DNA from: Felis catus
Lineage: Eukaryota
Direction of reading: 5' to 3'
Assembly: GCF_018350175.1 (NCBI RefSeq)
Contig: NC_058369.1
Coordinates: 163,184,001 to 163,248,000, forward strand
Length of the DNA: 64,000 bases
Shown: piece after piece, positions 39,022 to 51,451 of the stretch
How the letters are laid out: each line of letters starts with the position of its first letter
How positions within the stretch are numbered: position 1 is the stretch's first letter
Position numbers and translations under genes: made by a program
Notes under the pieces: model-generated
Databases searched by the model: none
Told to the model about the DNA's origin: nothing
What the model saw: the letters and a program-made list of their open reading frames with translations, nothing else

Positions 39022-39200
39022 CGCCCGGCTCCGCCAGCTCCATAGCGGACCCTCGGGCACTTCCGGGCGGGAGGCGCCGAGGTCGCGGACACCTGAAGGC
39101 ACCCCCTCCTTCCCTGCCGCCGCCGCCCGAAGCATTGTGGGACTTGTAGTCCTGCGCGGTGCGCATTTCCCGCCCTCCACCCTGCGGACCCACGTGCGGG
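39022..39200 (-). promoter_or_regulatory. TMUB1 first exon (donor at 39021) and CpG promoter
   Basis: Minus-strand donor G|GTGAGT; ACTACAAGTCCCA motif at 39138-39150; ETS-like ccggaagt near 39060. Confidence 0.7.
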
Positions 39201-40150
39201 GATCTGCAGGATAGTCCTGGTGCCCGCAAGACGCTGAGGGGCCCGCGGGGGCGGGCTTGCTAGTCCCCTGAGGTTTGGGCGACAGTAGGATCCGCCCCCT
39301 CCCCTGCTGGCATCCAGGGCATCTGTCACTCCAAAAACCAACGTCAGCTAGAGCACGTCAGAGTCCCCGTGTTAACAGATGCAGTGACTGGAAAGCTCAG
39401 GTGGCCCCTATCCCGGTCTGCTCTTATGTCAGAGTGAACGCCAAAAGGCACTGTGGGCCCCCTAAATTGACTCTTTGGCTCAGAGCCCAGTACCCATGGG
39501 CTGTCTCATCAGGTTGGTTACGCACCCCTCCCCAAGGCTGGCCACGGTGGCTTGTGCTGTCTTGTTTCCCTCCTCCCTTCCCCTTGCCCCTGTAACACTA
39601 TGCAAGAAGCATGGACCTTGGAGCCTGGCACAGATGCTGATCGATCTCTTATCCTGCGTTTATCACCTGTATAACCTTGGGTGCGCTACTGAATCTCTTT
39701 GGATCTTAATTTCTTTGTTCCTAAAGCATAATTTCATAATGAAATTCTAAGGAAGAAATTAGATTTTATTAAATAAGCATGAAGACGATGTAAGGGATCT
39801 GTTACACAGTAGGTATTTGTTCACCTAGTATTAGTACACTCTATCCACCCAGATCTGGGCTTGGAAAGTGGGTCCTCAGAGTGTCACTGTGTAGAGGACA
39901 TTGAGCCCCAGCCTGGCTTGGGTCAGCTAATTATGGCTTTCCCCTCCTTCCTCTGGGCCACAGAGATCTCACGTCTGGGTTTTATAGGCCAGTCTTGATG
40001 AAAAGCAATGTGCCCTACAGTTTCCATTCATGCTTACCTGTGGGAGCAAGTACCCCAAGTGTTGCGTTGGGAAAGCCAGTTTAGATGTATGACAGACAGA
40101 CCTGATCTCTCTAGTTCCTTCCCTCTCATTCATTCATTTATTCTAGAAAC

Positions 40151-40326
40151 ATTTTTAAGTGTATTTATTTTGAGAGGGGGGAGGGGAAGAGAGAGACTCC
40201 TAAGGAGGCTCTGCACCGTCAGCACAGCCCCGACTCGACTCAGGGCTCTATCTCACGACCCTTGAGATCATGACCTGAGCCGTAACCAGGAGTCGGATGC
40301 TTAACCGACTGAGCCACCCAGGCACG
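40151..40326 (-). mobile_element. CAN-SINE
   Basis: Antisense copy: ...gagatcatgacctgagcc...cttaaccgactgagccacccaggc. Confidence 0.85.
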
Positions 40327-41559
40327 CGGAACATTAATTAAAGGTATACCAAATGCCACACACACTGCATGATGCTGGGAATACAATGGTGAATCACACA
40401 GGTAAACTTGTCCCTGCTCTCATGCGGCTCATATAATAATAGGAGACAGACATGTAGACAAGCCCACGAGTCCTAACGAAGATCTGTTAGGCTGCTGGGG
40501 CAACCCATTTGAGATACTCTTTACTCTCAGCATCTCTCCTGGGAGGTACCTGGTGCAGATTCTTACCGTCCTTTCTAGTTAAGCATCTAAAAGACGTCTT
40601 TGCTATTGCTTTTAAAATTACACAGTACGAGAGCTAGGTGTTTTGCTCAATTACTATATTTTGCCGATGAAGCATGGAGAGGGCACAAGAAATCAGTATG
40701 GTCAAACATGTAGACAGAACCTGAATCTTTCAGGAGCTAGGGAGGCCCCGGGTATTGAGTAGCTTGTGCCTGGTTCTTTGGAAGGTACAAGACACTTAGG
40801 TGACTGCCTTGGTGACTGGGGCAGAGTTATGTGAATGGCCAAATGGGGTCAACTGTTTGCTGGGAAAAGACCTAGCTTGGCCTGGGAGGTGGAAGTGTGT
40901 GTATCGAGATTGACATATGTCAGCTGTCCCAGAGGACATCGGGGCATGGCCCTGGATTGGCTGGGGCCAGTGCCCTGCACATGCCCTCTCTTACACGTTT
41001 TAAGAAAGATGGGGGATGGAGGTGGATTAGCAGGACTGCTGATGGCTTTGGCAATGGGGATGCAGAGGAACTGAGACATTGAAGGGAGCTCCCTGTCCCT
41101 GGAAGGAGCGGACAGGAACACAGGGTGGGTGAGGGGGTGACAATTAAGAGAGCCTTGTGGGCTCTGGTGAGTCTCTTGAATGGGATGAGAGGGGAGAAGA
41201 AAGCATAATATTGGATTCATCTCCCTTCTTTGCCTGTGTACCAGCCGGGACCAGGGTGGTGGCAGTCAGTGAACCGTCCCGGTCCCAAAGGAAAGTCTTT
41301 TAGGGGAAGGTTGAAGATGAGTGGGGACTGTTGTTTAGAGTGTCATTTCCAAGGGCCCTGCTGATGAAGGAAGCTCTCAGGGAGAACTGGAAACGGAAGC
41401 AGGGAACCCAGATTTCTAGGCTCTGTGCCTCAGCCCCCAGTCTAGAGTCCAGGGGAGGACCAGAGAGAGAACCGTGGGGACAGAGTGGTCCCTGGGGATG
41501 ATCTCGGACGGGAACAGGGGGGCTCGTGTCGCACTAAAAGGCAGAACTGTGTGAGGCAC

Positions 41560-43400
41560 AGCCGTGCCTGGGCCGGAGGCCCTTCTCGGCCAATCTGCCG
41601 CGTTCATCAGCACCCTCGGGCGCAGGGCACCGTTTCGGGCACTGCCCAAAGATCGGACACCCCACCCAGACCAGAGCAGGGAGGCGAACGAGAGAGCCGG
41701 GGCCGGGAGGAGGCCAGAGCGGCTGTCCACTTCGGGCTGGTGGCCCTCACGGCGGGTGTGGGTGGGGGCTGGAGAGGAGGCGGAAGGGCCAAGGCTAGGT
41801 GGGAGGGGCCCGGGCGCCGGGGCTGGAGCGCGCGGCTTGGGGGTGGAGGCTGCAGAGCCAGCTAGCGAGCGAGGGGCGGNNNNNNNNNNNNNNNNNNNNN
41901 NNNNNNNNNNNNNNNNNNNNNNNNNNNNNNNNNNNNNNNNNNNNNNNNNNNNNNNNNNNNNNNNNNNNNNNNNNNNNNNNNNNNNNNNNNNNNNNNNNNN
42001 NNNNNNNNNNNNNNNNNNNNNNNNNNNNNNNNNNNNNNNNNNNNNNNNNNNNNNNNNNNNNNNNNNNAAGCGCCCTGCAGCGGCGGCCACAGCGTGCCCG
42101 GCGGCGCCTCCCGGCCTCGGCCCCCGGCCTCCGGCCTCATGCGCTAGCCCCGCGCCGCCGGCTCCTTAGTCCCGGCCCCGCCAGCCCCGCGCGCCCGCCC
42201 GCCACCGCCGCCGCCGCAGCGCCGCCCCGGGCCCCGGCCGGGCCCGCCTCGGGCCCCGCGGCTCTAGAGCCATGAACTTCCAGGCGGGCGGGGGGCAGAG
42301 CCCGCAGCAGCAGCCGAGTNNNNNNNNNNNNNNNNNNNNNNNNNNNNNNNNNNNNNNNNNNNNNNNNNNNNNNNNNNNNNNNNNNNNNNNNNNNNNNNNN
42401 NNNNNNNNNNNNNNNNNNNNNNNNNNNNNNNNNNNNNNNNNNNNNNNNNNNNNNNNNNNNNNNNNNNNNNNNNNNNNNNNGGCCGAGATCCANNNNNNNN
42501 NNNNNNNNNNNNNNNNNNNNNNNNNNNNNNNNNNNNNNNNNNNNNNNNNNNNNNNNNNNNNNNNNNNNNNNNNNNNNNNNNNNNNNNNNNNNNNNNNNNN
42601 NNNNNNNNNNNNNNNNNNNNNNNNNNNNNNNNGGCGCGGTGGCCCGGCTCGGCCACTCTCTCCCCGTCTGGGGTCGTCGCGCGCCTGAGGTCCTGGCCAC
42701 GCGGTTTTGCTGATCGCCAGCGCTGCAGAGCGGTCGTCCAAGCTTTGCTGTATCTCGTCCGGGGACACTGGGGCTTGGGGCCGGTCCCGTGCCAGGGGAC
42801 ACGTTTTCCGTTCTTAGTACCCCAGGGCGTGAGGGTGGTGTCGCCCCGGGGACAGGTGCGCTCAGAGCCGCAGAGGTGCGGGGGGCTGGGGCCGGAGCTG
42901 GCCAGGCATGCCTTGGGAGGGTGGGCGCCGCGGAGGGCCTCGGCGGGCCGGGAGGTGGGGCTGCTGCCCCGGCCCGGCCCTGCCCCGCGGCGGGGCGGGG
43001 GAATCGAGCCTCCCGTTAGTGGATGGCAGCCTTCCCGGGCCCAGCGCCCGCGGGCCCCGGAGGGTGGCGCTCGCCGCGGCGCCCTTTCCCGACGCACACC
43101 CCCCACGCTGCCGCTGCCAAGGCGGGCGCAGGCCGGGCCTGGCGCGGGGCTCCGGCGGCGCGACCGCGTGGGAGGCACCGGCCGGTACATCCGCGCTTTC
43201 GTCCGGTCCCCCGCGCACCCAGGAGCCGCTCGGGAGGCGGGCGCGGGACTGCGGGGCGCTGTCTGACCTCCACGGACACGGCGCTGGGCGTCAAACGCCA
43301 GAATCCCGGGCCACTGCCCTGCCTAGCGCCCTTTTCTCTAGGCTCTTGAGCCCCGGAATTTGGCTGCCACGGGGCGGGGGGGGGGGGGGGGCGCAGAGGA
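41560..43400 (+). promoter_or_regulatory. AGAP3 CpG island
   Basis: Very high GC/CpG content around exon 1; partly gapped. Confidence 0.75.
42272..42602 (+). CDS. AGAP3: AGAP3 (ArfGAP with GTPase domain, ankyrin repeat and PH domain 3), exon 1; 3' end lies in an N-gap (estimated); intron 1 runs past the window end
   Basis: gccATGAACTTCCAGGCGGGC = MNFQAGGGQSPQQQPS, with in-frame island AEI(Q) at 42481-42492; expected synteny next to TMUB1. I saw no exon 2 in the rest of the window. Confidence 0.85.
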
Positions 43401-46048
43401 AGTGGGTTCACGCTATCGGCACATATCCCACGACCCCTGATGTGTCTGGGGGGGGGGGCACCACACCCACAGATTCCCTGGTGGCACCGTGACCTTTGAG
43501 CATCCAAGGGGCAGATGGGCCTCACCCTGGGTCATCTCCTTCCTCTCTGGCTCCATTGGAAGGGGGACGCCCAGCAAGCAGGTGGTGGGTTCAGCTTTAG
43601 TGGAAATGCAGGCTGGTTGCGAGGTGTTTTGGCGATGACATGGAGTTGTGGGCAACGGCCTGTCTACTTCTTGGGCCTGGCAGTTAGGGCCACACTCCCA
43701 CCTTCTCCTCCTTGTGTAAGGCTCCAGGGCTCCTGTGCCTGAACACTACTCCCTTCCTGCTTTTGGACGTCCCCACAGCTGAGGAAGGAGCATTCAGTGT
43801 TTTGGGAGCCGCAGACCCCATTTAGACCCAGAGTCCTGCCTTTTTCTTGTCACACTCCAAGCTGACTTCCTTCTGTCCTTTCCCCAATCCTCTGTTACCT
43901 CTTTCCTCTCAAGGCTGAGTTCACAGTGAACTAATTAGGCGACGGGGAAAAACTCATTAACATGGATCCAAGTAAATGGCCTGAATCACCGTTGTGGCTG
44001 GGGACCAGGAGATGGCATTTGTGTGAGCCCAGGGCCCCAAAGAGAGGAGATGACCAATTTTTCCTCCTCGATCTGAAACGGGTGGGGCAGGGAGAGTCGC
44101 CATTCCCCAGAGCGTCACTGTCCCTCTGGGGAAGTAGAAGTTCAGGAACAGCTCTCAGATACCCCCCCCTCCCCCCAGCTCCTTTTGTCGAAGAGACTTG
44201 ATGGACTAGCCCGAGGTAGGGGCTGAGGGAGGACGCCTCCCTCAGAGCGCTTCCCAGAGCAGGGAGAGGCAGAATCAGCTGGGTTCCCATCCAGCTCCAA
44301 CTTCCCTAGCAGTGGCTTGTGACCACCCCCGCCCCCCCACCCCCAGCCCGCACTCAGGAGGCCTCCAGCTGGGCATCTTCTGTGCCACGAGGATCATGAT
44401 TCCCGGGACGTGCTCAGTTTTCGTCCCTGTCTTAAATTCAACGCGCTGGGCGGAATTTCTCTTCGTAGAGCCCTCCCCCGTGACCAACTTCCCCATTGCG
44501 GTTTGGAAGTACCCCATGTTCTGTCTGCTTAGCCTGGAAGCTTGGTATCGTGAATCCCGGGACCCGATGTCTCATTGTCACCGGGCCCAGCTGTTCCTCA
44601 CACTGCATTGGCAGCTCTCCTGATCCCCGCTTCCGTGCTCTCCCTTGGCGGGGCCTTGCACCTCTCTCCTCCCGCTCCCCTGTTTTGTCCAGCCTCTCTC
44701 CTGGGATCCATCTTTATCACCCATCTCACCCCTGCTTCCCCACTTTTGTCACATAGATTTTCTGCTCTGGGCAGGCAGGGAAAAACAAAAAACAAAAAAC
44801 AAAACCAAACAAAAAAACAAATACCCCCCCCCCCCCAAAACAAACCAAAAAAAAAAAAAACCCAGAAAACTCCTTCTCCAATTTCTGCCCTACATCCTTT
44901 CTTGCTGTAGAGCCTCCATCTGCCAAACCATATTGCTGCTGCCTTGTAAAGCAGTGTCCCCACCTTCTTGCTTGGGGGAGGGAGGAGAGCAGCTTCTTGG
45001 GGCGTTTCCCGGCTCCCTGTGAGCCTGGCCGAGCCCCCCTGCGAGCCCCCCTGCCGGGGCCCAGCATCAAACCTGGGTCCAGGCGATATTGTTACGTAAC
45101 ACATCCGTAGCCGGGAGGCCGGTCTGTGTTTACTAGGGCTGAGCCTCTTAGTGGGAAGGGATGACATTTTCCTAGTGTATAATAAGCTTCCGCCTCACTC
45201 TGGTAATACTTCGGTGAAGGATTTATTTGTTCCAGCTCTGAAGGTGACCCAGGAGACGCAGTCGGAATCCATTTGGGACTGAGGGAGCACCATGGCACCT
45301 TGCCCTCCTGTCTTCTGCCTGCTTCACTCAGTCACCTCAGACCCCGCAGCCAGGGTAGGAGGAAGGAAGCAGAGGAACATTCCGCTTTCCTGTCTCAGGA
45401 CAGGATTTGAGGGGAAGCAGGCTGTTTTTGAAAAGTTCCTTTCCCACCAAAGGCCAAGGAAGGAGAAAAGGGGTCCATCCGGCTGTTTTAAGGCATGAAA
45501 GCAGTGTACCCGGCAGGTGGGGGTGGTGGGATGGCAGGCTCACCGTGTGCAGAGCCTCTGAGCCAGGCTCTTCTCCCTGGTGGGGAAACTGAGGCTCGGA
45601 GAAAGGACGGATCCACGCTGATCAGTCAGGGCTCGTGTGGGGCCTCAGGCGGGAGCTCTCGGGACTTGCTTGGTCTCCTGGCTGTGCCCTAGAAAGAGGG
45701 CCGCAGAAGAACTGGCTCAGTCCAGATAGGGGATGGCCTGGGCACATGGAACGTGCAGATGCTGGGCCAAGTAAGCCAGGAGCCAGGATGAGTTCCTGCA
45801 AGAAGCCGCCTGGGGTCCCAGCAAGTGGCCAGGAAAGGCAGGCTTGTCTCTGAGGAGATGTGAATCCCAGGAGGTCTGCCCCAGGGGAGTGTAAGCAGGG
45901 GTGGGCCCTGTGGGCCCACAGGGAGGACCAGGAAGCCGGCCTTGGCCACAAGTATGCCATGTGGCTCCTACTTGGGGAGGAACCGGACTTTGTCAACTGG
46001 GCGACTTGTCGCCCCCTTTGTTTTCCTCCAAAATTAAAAAAATATTGT

Positions 46049-46069
46049 TTTTAGTATTTATTTATTTTT

Positions 46070-46100
<31 letters not shown>

Positions 46101-46266
46101 TATGAGTGGGGAAGGGACAGAGAGAAAGGGAGACACAGAGTCCAAAGAAGGCTCCAGGCTCTGAGCTGTTAGCACACAGCCCTCTGCGGGGCTTGAATTC
46201 AGGAACTGTGAGATCGTGACCTGAGGGGAAGTCAGAGGCTCAACCGACTGAGCCACCCAGGCGCCC
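46049..46266 (-). mobile_element. SINEC_Fc
   Basis: Antisense copy with (ga)n tract. Confidence 0.92.
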
Positions 46267-46669
46267 TGTTCTCCAGCATTTTTTTTTTTTAAAACGATGA
46301 AGTGCCTTTGAGCATTCCCAAAGTGGGCTGATTCGTTCTTCCTTCCACCTCGCTCTTGAGGGTGAACTCAGGATCTGCGGGCCTGCCACCGTGGGCGTGG
46401 GCTGGGGAGTGTTCGGGGTAAGGAGGTACAGGTGTTCCCGTTGTGTTTGAGCCTAGGCTGGAGAGGGAAGGGGGCCCTGAGCTGAAGGCAGAGGTGTTGG
46501 GGAGGGCTCAGAAGGAGCTCATGGGCCTGCCTGGGGGCTTGAGTCCGCCCTGCTTTTTCTGTGTCCTGTGACCAGGTCCCGACAGCAGCCCCATCGTGCG
46601 GTGAGGCAGGTGGAGGGCAATCATAACCATCTTGGAGACTGGGAAACTCTCCCGGCTGTTCCCCAGCCT

Positions 46670-46820
46670 GGCAGTAACATTCACTTGGGGGACTTGCTGA
46701 AGTGCACGTTTCTGAGGCTTCCTGCAAGGGATCTGATTCAGTGGGTTTGAGATGGGGGCCCAGGGATCTGGGTCTGTCACTTACCCTGGAGTTCCGGTAA
46801 TTAGCTGGTTTCGGGAATGA
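46670..46820. mobile_element. Degraded MER5-like (hAT-Charlie) fragment
   Basis: gatctgattcagtgggtttgagatgggggcccagggatctg resembles the MER5A core; recognised by eye. Confidence 0.45.
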
Positions 46821-47356
46821 GTGCCTGGTGGTGGCCTGGAGGCTTAGGTAGGACTTTGCACAGATGAGTTCTAGGAATTCTGAAAACGAGGATTTCTGGG
46901 TGGGTGCTAGTGGCCTGGGAAAGCTGCATTTGTTCCAGATACATTTATTTAGCTCCTACCGTGTGGCCCAGTTGCATGTAGCACAGTGGAAGGCAGGGGG
47001 GGAGCCCCGCCAGCATGCTGGACTGACTGAGGTTGAATGGATCCGCCTGCAGATGCCAAAGCAGGGGTTGGGAGGGGTGGGAATAAAGCCAAGATTTGAA
47101 CACCACCAGGGCAAAGGTTAGAGCCTGGGGAAGACTTATCAAGACCCCTTGATAAGTCACAGGAGAGGGTCACAGGAGAGGGCTGGAAAGACTACCTCCT
47201 CCAGGCTGCAGGGTGGCCCCCCTCCCCCCACCCCCCCATTCAGTCCTCTGTCCCTGAACTTCTGTTCTCTGCCAAGTGGACGACACCCTCCGAATAAGAC
47301 ACTTCTTGCTCCTAAGTACCCTGGGGCTAGCTCATGCTACATACTTTTCTCTACCT

Positions 47357-47568
47357 TTTTTTTTTTTTTAACTTTTTTGTTTTGAGGTTTACTTATTTTT
47401 GAGAGAGAGAGAGAAAGCAGGAGAGAGGGAGAGAGAGAGAATCCCAAGCAGGCTCTGCACTGTCAGCAAGGAGCCCGATGGCGGGCTCTAACTCAGGAAC
47501 CATGAGATCATGACCAGAGCCGAAACCAGGAGTCGGATGCTTAACTGACTGAGGCACCCAGGCGCCCC
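47357..47568 (-). mobile_element. CAN-SINE
   Basis: Antisense copy flanked by ctctacc on both sides. Confidence 0.9.
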
Positions 47569-48623
47569 TCCTCTACCGTTTCTTTCTTTCATGGAACCTG
47601 TATGCCAGGCATGGGGCTCCAGGAGACTTTCCCTGCAGAAGGAACAGGTTTGCAGAGGCAGCAGGGGCGGGGGGGGGGTGGTGGTGGTGGTGAAAGTATA
47701 AGGTGGTATTCAAGGACCAGCAGGCTGGTCTGTGTGGCTAAGGCATTGAGTCTGGAGGGGACGGGCCAGGGGACCCCGGTTTGAGCATCCAAGGGAGCAG
47801 TGGCCCCAGGGAGACCAGGCGGGAGCGAAGATGCCTTTCTTGAAAAGCAGGCTTAGGGGAGCTGAGGCCTGGAGCAGGGGCAGGCTTGGGCCCTGAGAAC
47901 TCCTGTGTCCTCATTCAGCATCCCCTGAACACCCATCCGGGGAACCTTCCGCTCACCTCACCCTCATTCTCTTTTTAATACGCAGCTAACTTGAAATTAG
48001 TTTAACCGGATTGCCTTCCTCCTGACTTCCAGGCCAAGGGGTAAAGGGGAGCTAATTTGGGGGCATGGAGCTGAGCCCTAGGGTTATGGAAGCAGGGGAG
48101 GGTGGTAACCTGGAGCACCTGCTTTAAGGATGTGGGCACTGGCTGGTACTGCCTTGCCCTGGTTACCGTTCCCCGCCTGCCCGCTGGAGATGGTCATGGG
48201 CTTTTGCAACAAACACTTGGCAGGTCTCTTTCTAGGTATGCAAGTATCCTCTCCATTTTGCAAAGCCTGGGACTTGGATTGAGTAACTCTCCCAAGGCCG
48301 TACCAGACACTGGTCTTCCAGCTGCGGGGCTGGTGCTCCCTCCCTTGGATGGATAGACTAGATGAGCTCTGGCCAGTCAGCCTTCCTGTGGCACCTCTCA
48401 GGGAAGCGTTTTGACCTCCAGTTTAACCCGTGGAAACTTTTAGGATGTAACTTAAGGGGAACTTAGGGCTCTTCTCTCTTGCTGTAGTTTTCTCCTGGAT
48501 GTTATGAATCCCCAGCTGAGTGGTGGCTCTGGGAGGTGTCTCTCCCCTCCAAGAGCAGCACAGAGATTGCATATAGCACAGAGATGCTTGCTCAGGAAAC
48601 ACTCAGAAATATTTAAACACTGT

Positions 48624-48787
48624 GGGGCACCTGGGTGGCTCAGTCGGTTGAGCGTCCGACTCGTGATCTCGGCTCAGCTCCCGATCTCGCGGTGTGTGAG
48701 TTCGAGTCCCGCGTCCCTCTCTGTGCCGACAGCGCTTGCACCCGCAGACTCTCTCTCTCCAAAAATAAATAAATAAACTTAAAAAGA
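48624..48787 (+). mobile_element. CAN-SINE (shortened)
   Basis: ggggcacctgggtggctcagtcggttgagcgtccgac...aaataaataaa. Confidence 0.88.
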
Positions 48788-49207
48788 AACATTTAAACAT
48801 TGAAAACAGCTGAACATATGTGTGAGCGTCAAAAGTCACGCATGCTTGTGTAACAAATTCAGATGTGGAAGGAAGCAGAAGAAACACGTGTACCCCCCCC
48901 CCACTGCCCCTTAGAGGTGCCCACTGTTACCTGCCTGATGCTTGTCCTCCTGGTCTGTTCTCTAGCTGTTCTCTGCTGTCACAAATCAGTCACAGAGGAG
49001 CTGATTTGATATTATTGGCATTTCTCGGCAAAGGTGGGATTTGTGCGTTTGTGGAAAAGCCTCCACTGGTAGAAAGGGAGCCCCTGCGTTCATCTGTTCA
49101 TCTGTTAGTGTTCATCTGTTCATCTGTTAGCTCCCTGTCGGGGACTCGGGATACTTGGGGTCTCATTCCTGCCAGGCTGTGACTGGCAGGTCACTCCTTG
49201 CTTGGCC

Positions 49208-49372
49208 TTTTTTTTTTTTTTTTTTTTTTTATTTTGGAGAGAGAGAAAGGGCACGAGCGGGGGAGGGGCAGAGAGAAGGGAGACTCAGAATCGGAAGCAG
49301 GCTCCAGACTCTGAGCTGTCAGCCCAGAGCCCGAAGTCGGACACTTAACCGGTTGAGCCACCCAGGCACCCC
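49208..49372 (-). mobile_element. SINEC_Fc with internal deletion
   Basis: Antisense copy lacking the B-box segment. Confidence 0.88.
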
Positions 49373-49403
49373 ACTTGGCTGCTATTTTAAAAGGCTGCAG
49401 GAT

Positions 49404-49586
49404 GGGGCACTTGGGTGGCTCAGCTGGTTAAGCGTCCGACTTCGGCTCAGGTCGTGATCTCGCGGTCCGTGAGTTCGAGTCCCGCGTCGGGCTCTGGGCT
49501 GACAGCTCGGAGCCTGTTTAGGATTCTCTGTCTCTCTCTCTCTCCAAAACAAATAAACAAACTTTAAGAAAATATAAAAAAAAAAA
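49404..49586 (+). mobile_element. SINEC_Fc
   Basis: Sense copy, head-to-head with the previous one. Confidence 0.9.
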
Positions 49587-50269
49587 CCATTAAAATGCTT
49601 TTTGTTGTTGTTGTATTTCATATTCAGTTGATTACCAGTGAGAGCGTTAAAAAAATTTCTAGGTCATTTGTATTTTGTTCGATTCCGTTCGTATCCTTTG
49701 TTCATCTTCCTCTTGGTTCCTTCCTCTTCATACTGCATGTCAGATGGTTTTAATCTCTTAATGGAGATTTTTCTGAAGTGAACGTTTGTGTGCCTCCATC
49801 TCTCAGGCAGCGCCTGGGCACCCCCCCCCCAACCCTGAGCCGGGCTGACCAGGCTATGCTCTGGGCGCTGAGAGCGGCCCCACACCGCATGGCTTCAGAG
49901 GGACGTGCCTCTGTTTTTGCGCCTGTTTATAGCGGGTGTTTTTCTTTCTCTTTCTTGTCAGTCGGCACCCCTCCTTGACACTGTTGGTGAGCCCGCCTCC
50001 AGTGGTTTCTCTTTTGCCTTTTAATTTGATGTTTTGATGGCTTGCAAACCCAGAGCCCAAGCTCACAGAGTGGGATTCAAGCCCAGCCATGGCCTCTTGG
50101 GGCGTGTGTGACTGTGTGAGTGGTGGGGCGGGCGAGACCAGGAGGTCTGGACCCCACTCGGGGCTCCCTCTCTTCCCTCTGCTGCTGGTACGTACGTTCC
50201 AGGGAAGGGCCGACGAGCTTCCCGGCCGTGAGGATTTTTTTTGTTAAACAGGCCCCTTGGGTGTGAAGG

Positions 50270-50470
50270 GGACTGTGTGGGGCACAGACCTGGTTCTGGA
50301 ACTACAGTGCCTGGATTTGAATCCCAGACTGAACCAGTTGGTAGCTGTGTGACCTTTGGTGAGTCTCTTAACCTCTCTGTGTCTTGGCTTCCACGTTGTC
50401 AAAATAAGGTTAACAAGCACCCGTTTCGTCGTGTAGGTGTGAGAAGGAAGTCGGTTAATGCCTGCAAAGC
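50270..50470. mobile_element. MIR
   Basis: cctggatttgaatcccag...gtagctgtgtgacctttggtgagtctcttaacctctctgtgtct, MIR core. Confidence 0.7.
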
Positions 50471-50829
50471 TTTTAGAGCGGCACCATTCCCTCGGAAGGG
50501 CTCCTTGAGTGGCAGGCCCCGTCACGATTTCCAGGGTGGGGGTGGCGACTAAGTGAGGGCACGAGAGTGAGTGTCCGGTGCGCAGTGCCCGCGGCCTGGG
50601 GCTCCTCCTGTAGCTCGGACTCTGGAGGGGCGGAGATTGGGCGAGCTGGTATAGCCTGGCAGGCCCCGGAGCGGGGAGCCACCTCAGGATTTGTCCGAGG
50701 CTCTGGCTGAGGGGTCCAGACCCTGGACCGCAGTTTGTCACAGTGAGTGTCACATGGCCATCCAGCATGGCCTTCATTTGATTGTTTGCCTGTCGATTCA
50801 AGTGTTTGCTGTAATTCAGCACTGCCCAG

Positions 50830-51350
50830 TTACACATGTGAGTCCCACGTGTCGGCTGAAATCTTCAAGTAGCCATATTAAGAAAGGTTAAAAAAAAAAA
50901 AGGGCGGTGGGTGCTTGGGCTCAGTCATTTAAGCCTCCGACTCTTGATTTCAGCTCAGGTCTTGATCTTGGGGTTCATAGGATTGAGCCCCACATCAGGC
51001 TCCCCAATAACGGCGTGGCACCTGCTTGGGATTCTCTCTGTCTGCCCCTCCTCTGCATTCTCTCTCTCTTTCTCTCAAAATAAATAAACCTTAAAAATAA
51101 AAGGTAAAAAAACCCCACAAGGTGAAGTTAATTTAATATTTTTGATATTATATTTTATTGAACCCAGTATATTTGAAATAATAATCATTTCCACATGTGA
51201 TCAGGATGAAAAATTATTAATGGGGTGTTTTACATTCTTTTCTCGTCCTGTCTTCAAGCTCTGCCCTCAGCACGGCTCCATTTGGACAGGCTGAGGGGGG
51301 AGGGCTCAGTAACCATGAGGGGGGGCCGTGGCCGTGGTGTTGGAAGAACA
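50830..51350. mobile_element. MER33/MER3-like hAT-Charlie element interrupted by a SINE
   Basis: agtagccatattaagaaagg [SINE] ...aggtgaagttaatttaat...aacccagtatat...cattccacatgtgatc-like...aaaattattaatg...ttttacattcttt; recognised by eye. Confidence 0.6.
50908..51100 (+). mobile_element. CAN-SINE nested in the hAT element
   Basis: ...cttgatttcagctcaggtcttgatc...cctgcttgggattctctc...caaaataaataaa. Confidence 0.85.
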
Positions 51351-51451
51351 TCTTGAATTTTAGCCCATAATAAGCAAAAGAACACCTGTTTGTTGTAAAA
51401 AGTGAATGCAGAGGGTATATCCTTTCGGATTCAGCTTTCTAAAGTATTGTA

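Noticed and set aside
32827-43190. Long ORFs containing X runs
   Set aside because: Inflated by N-gaps that hide stop codons.
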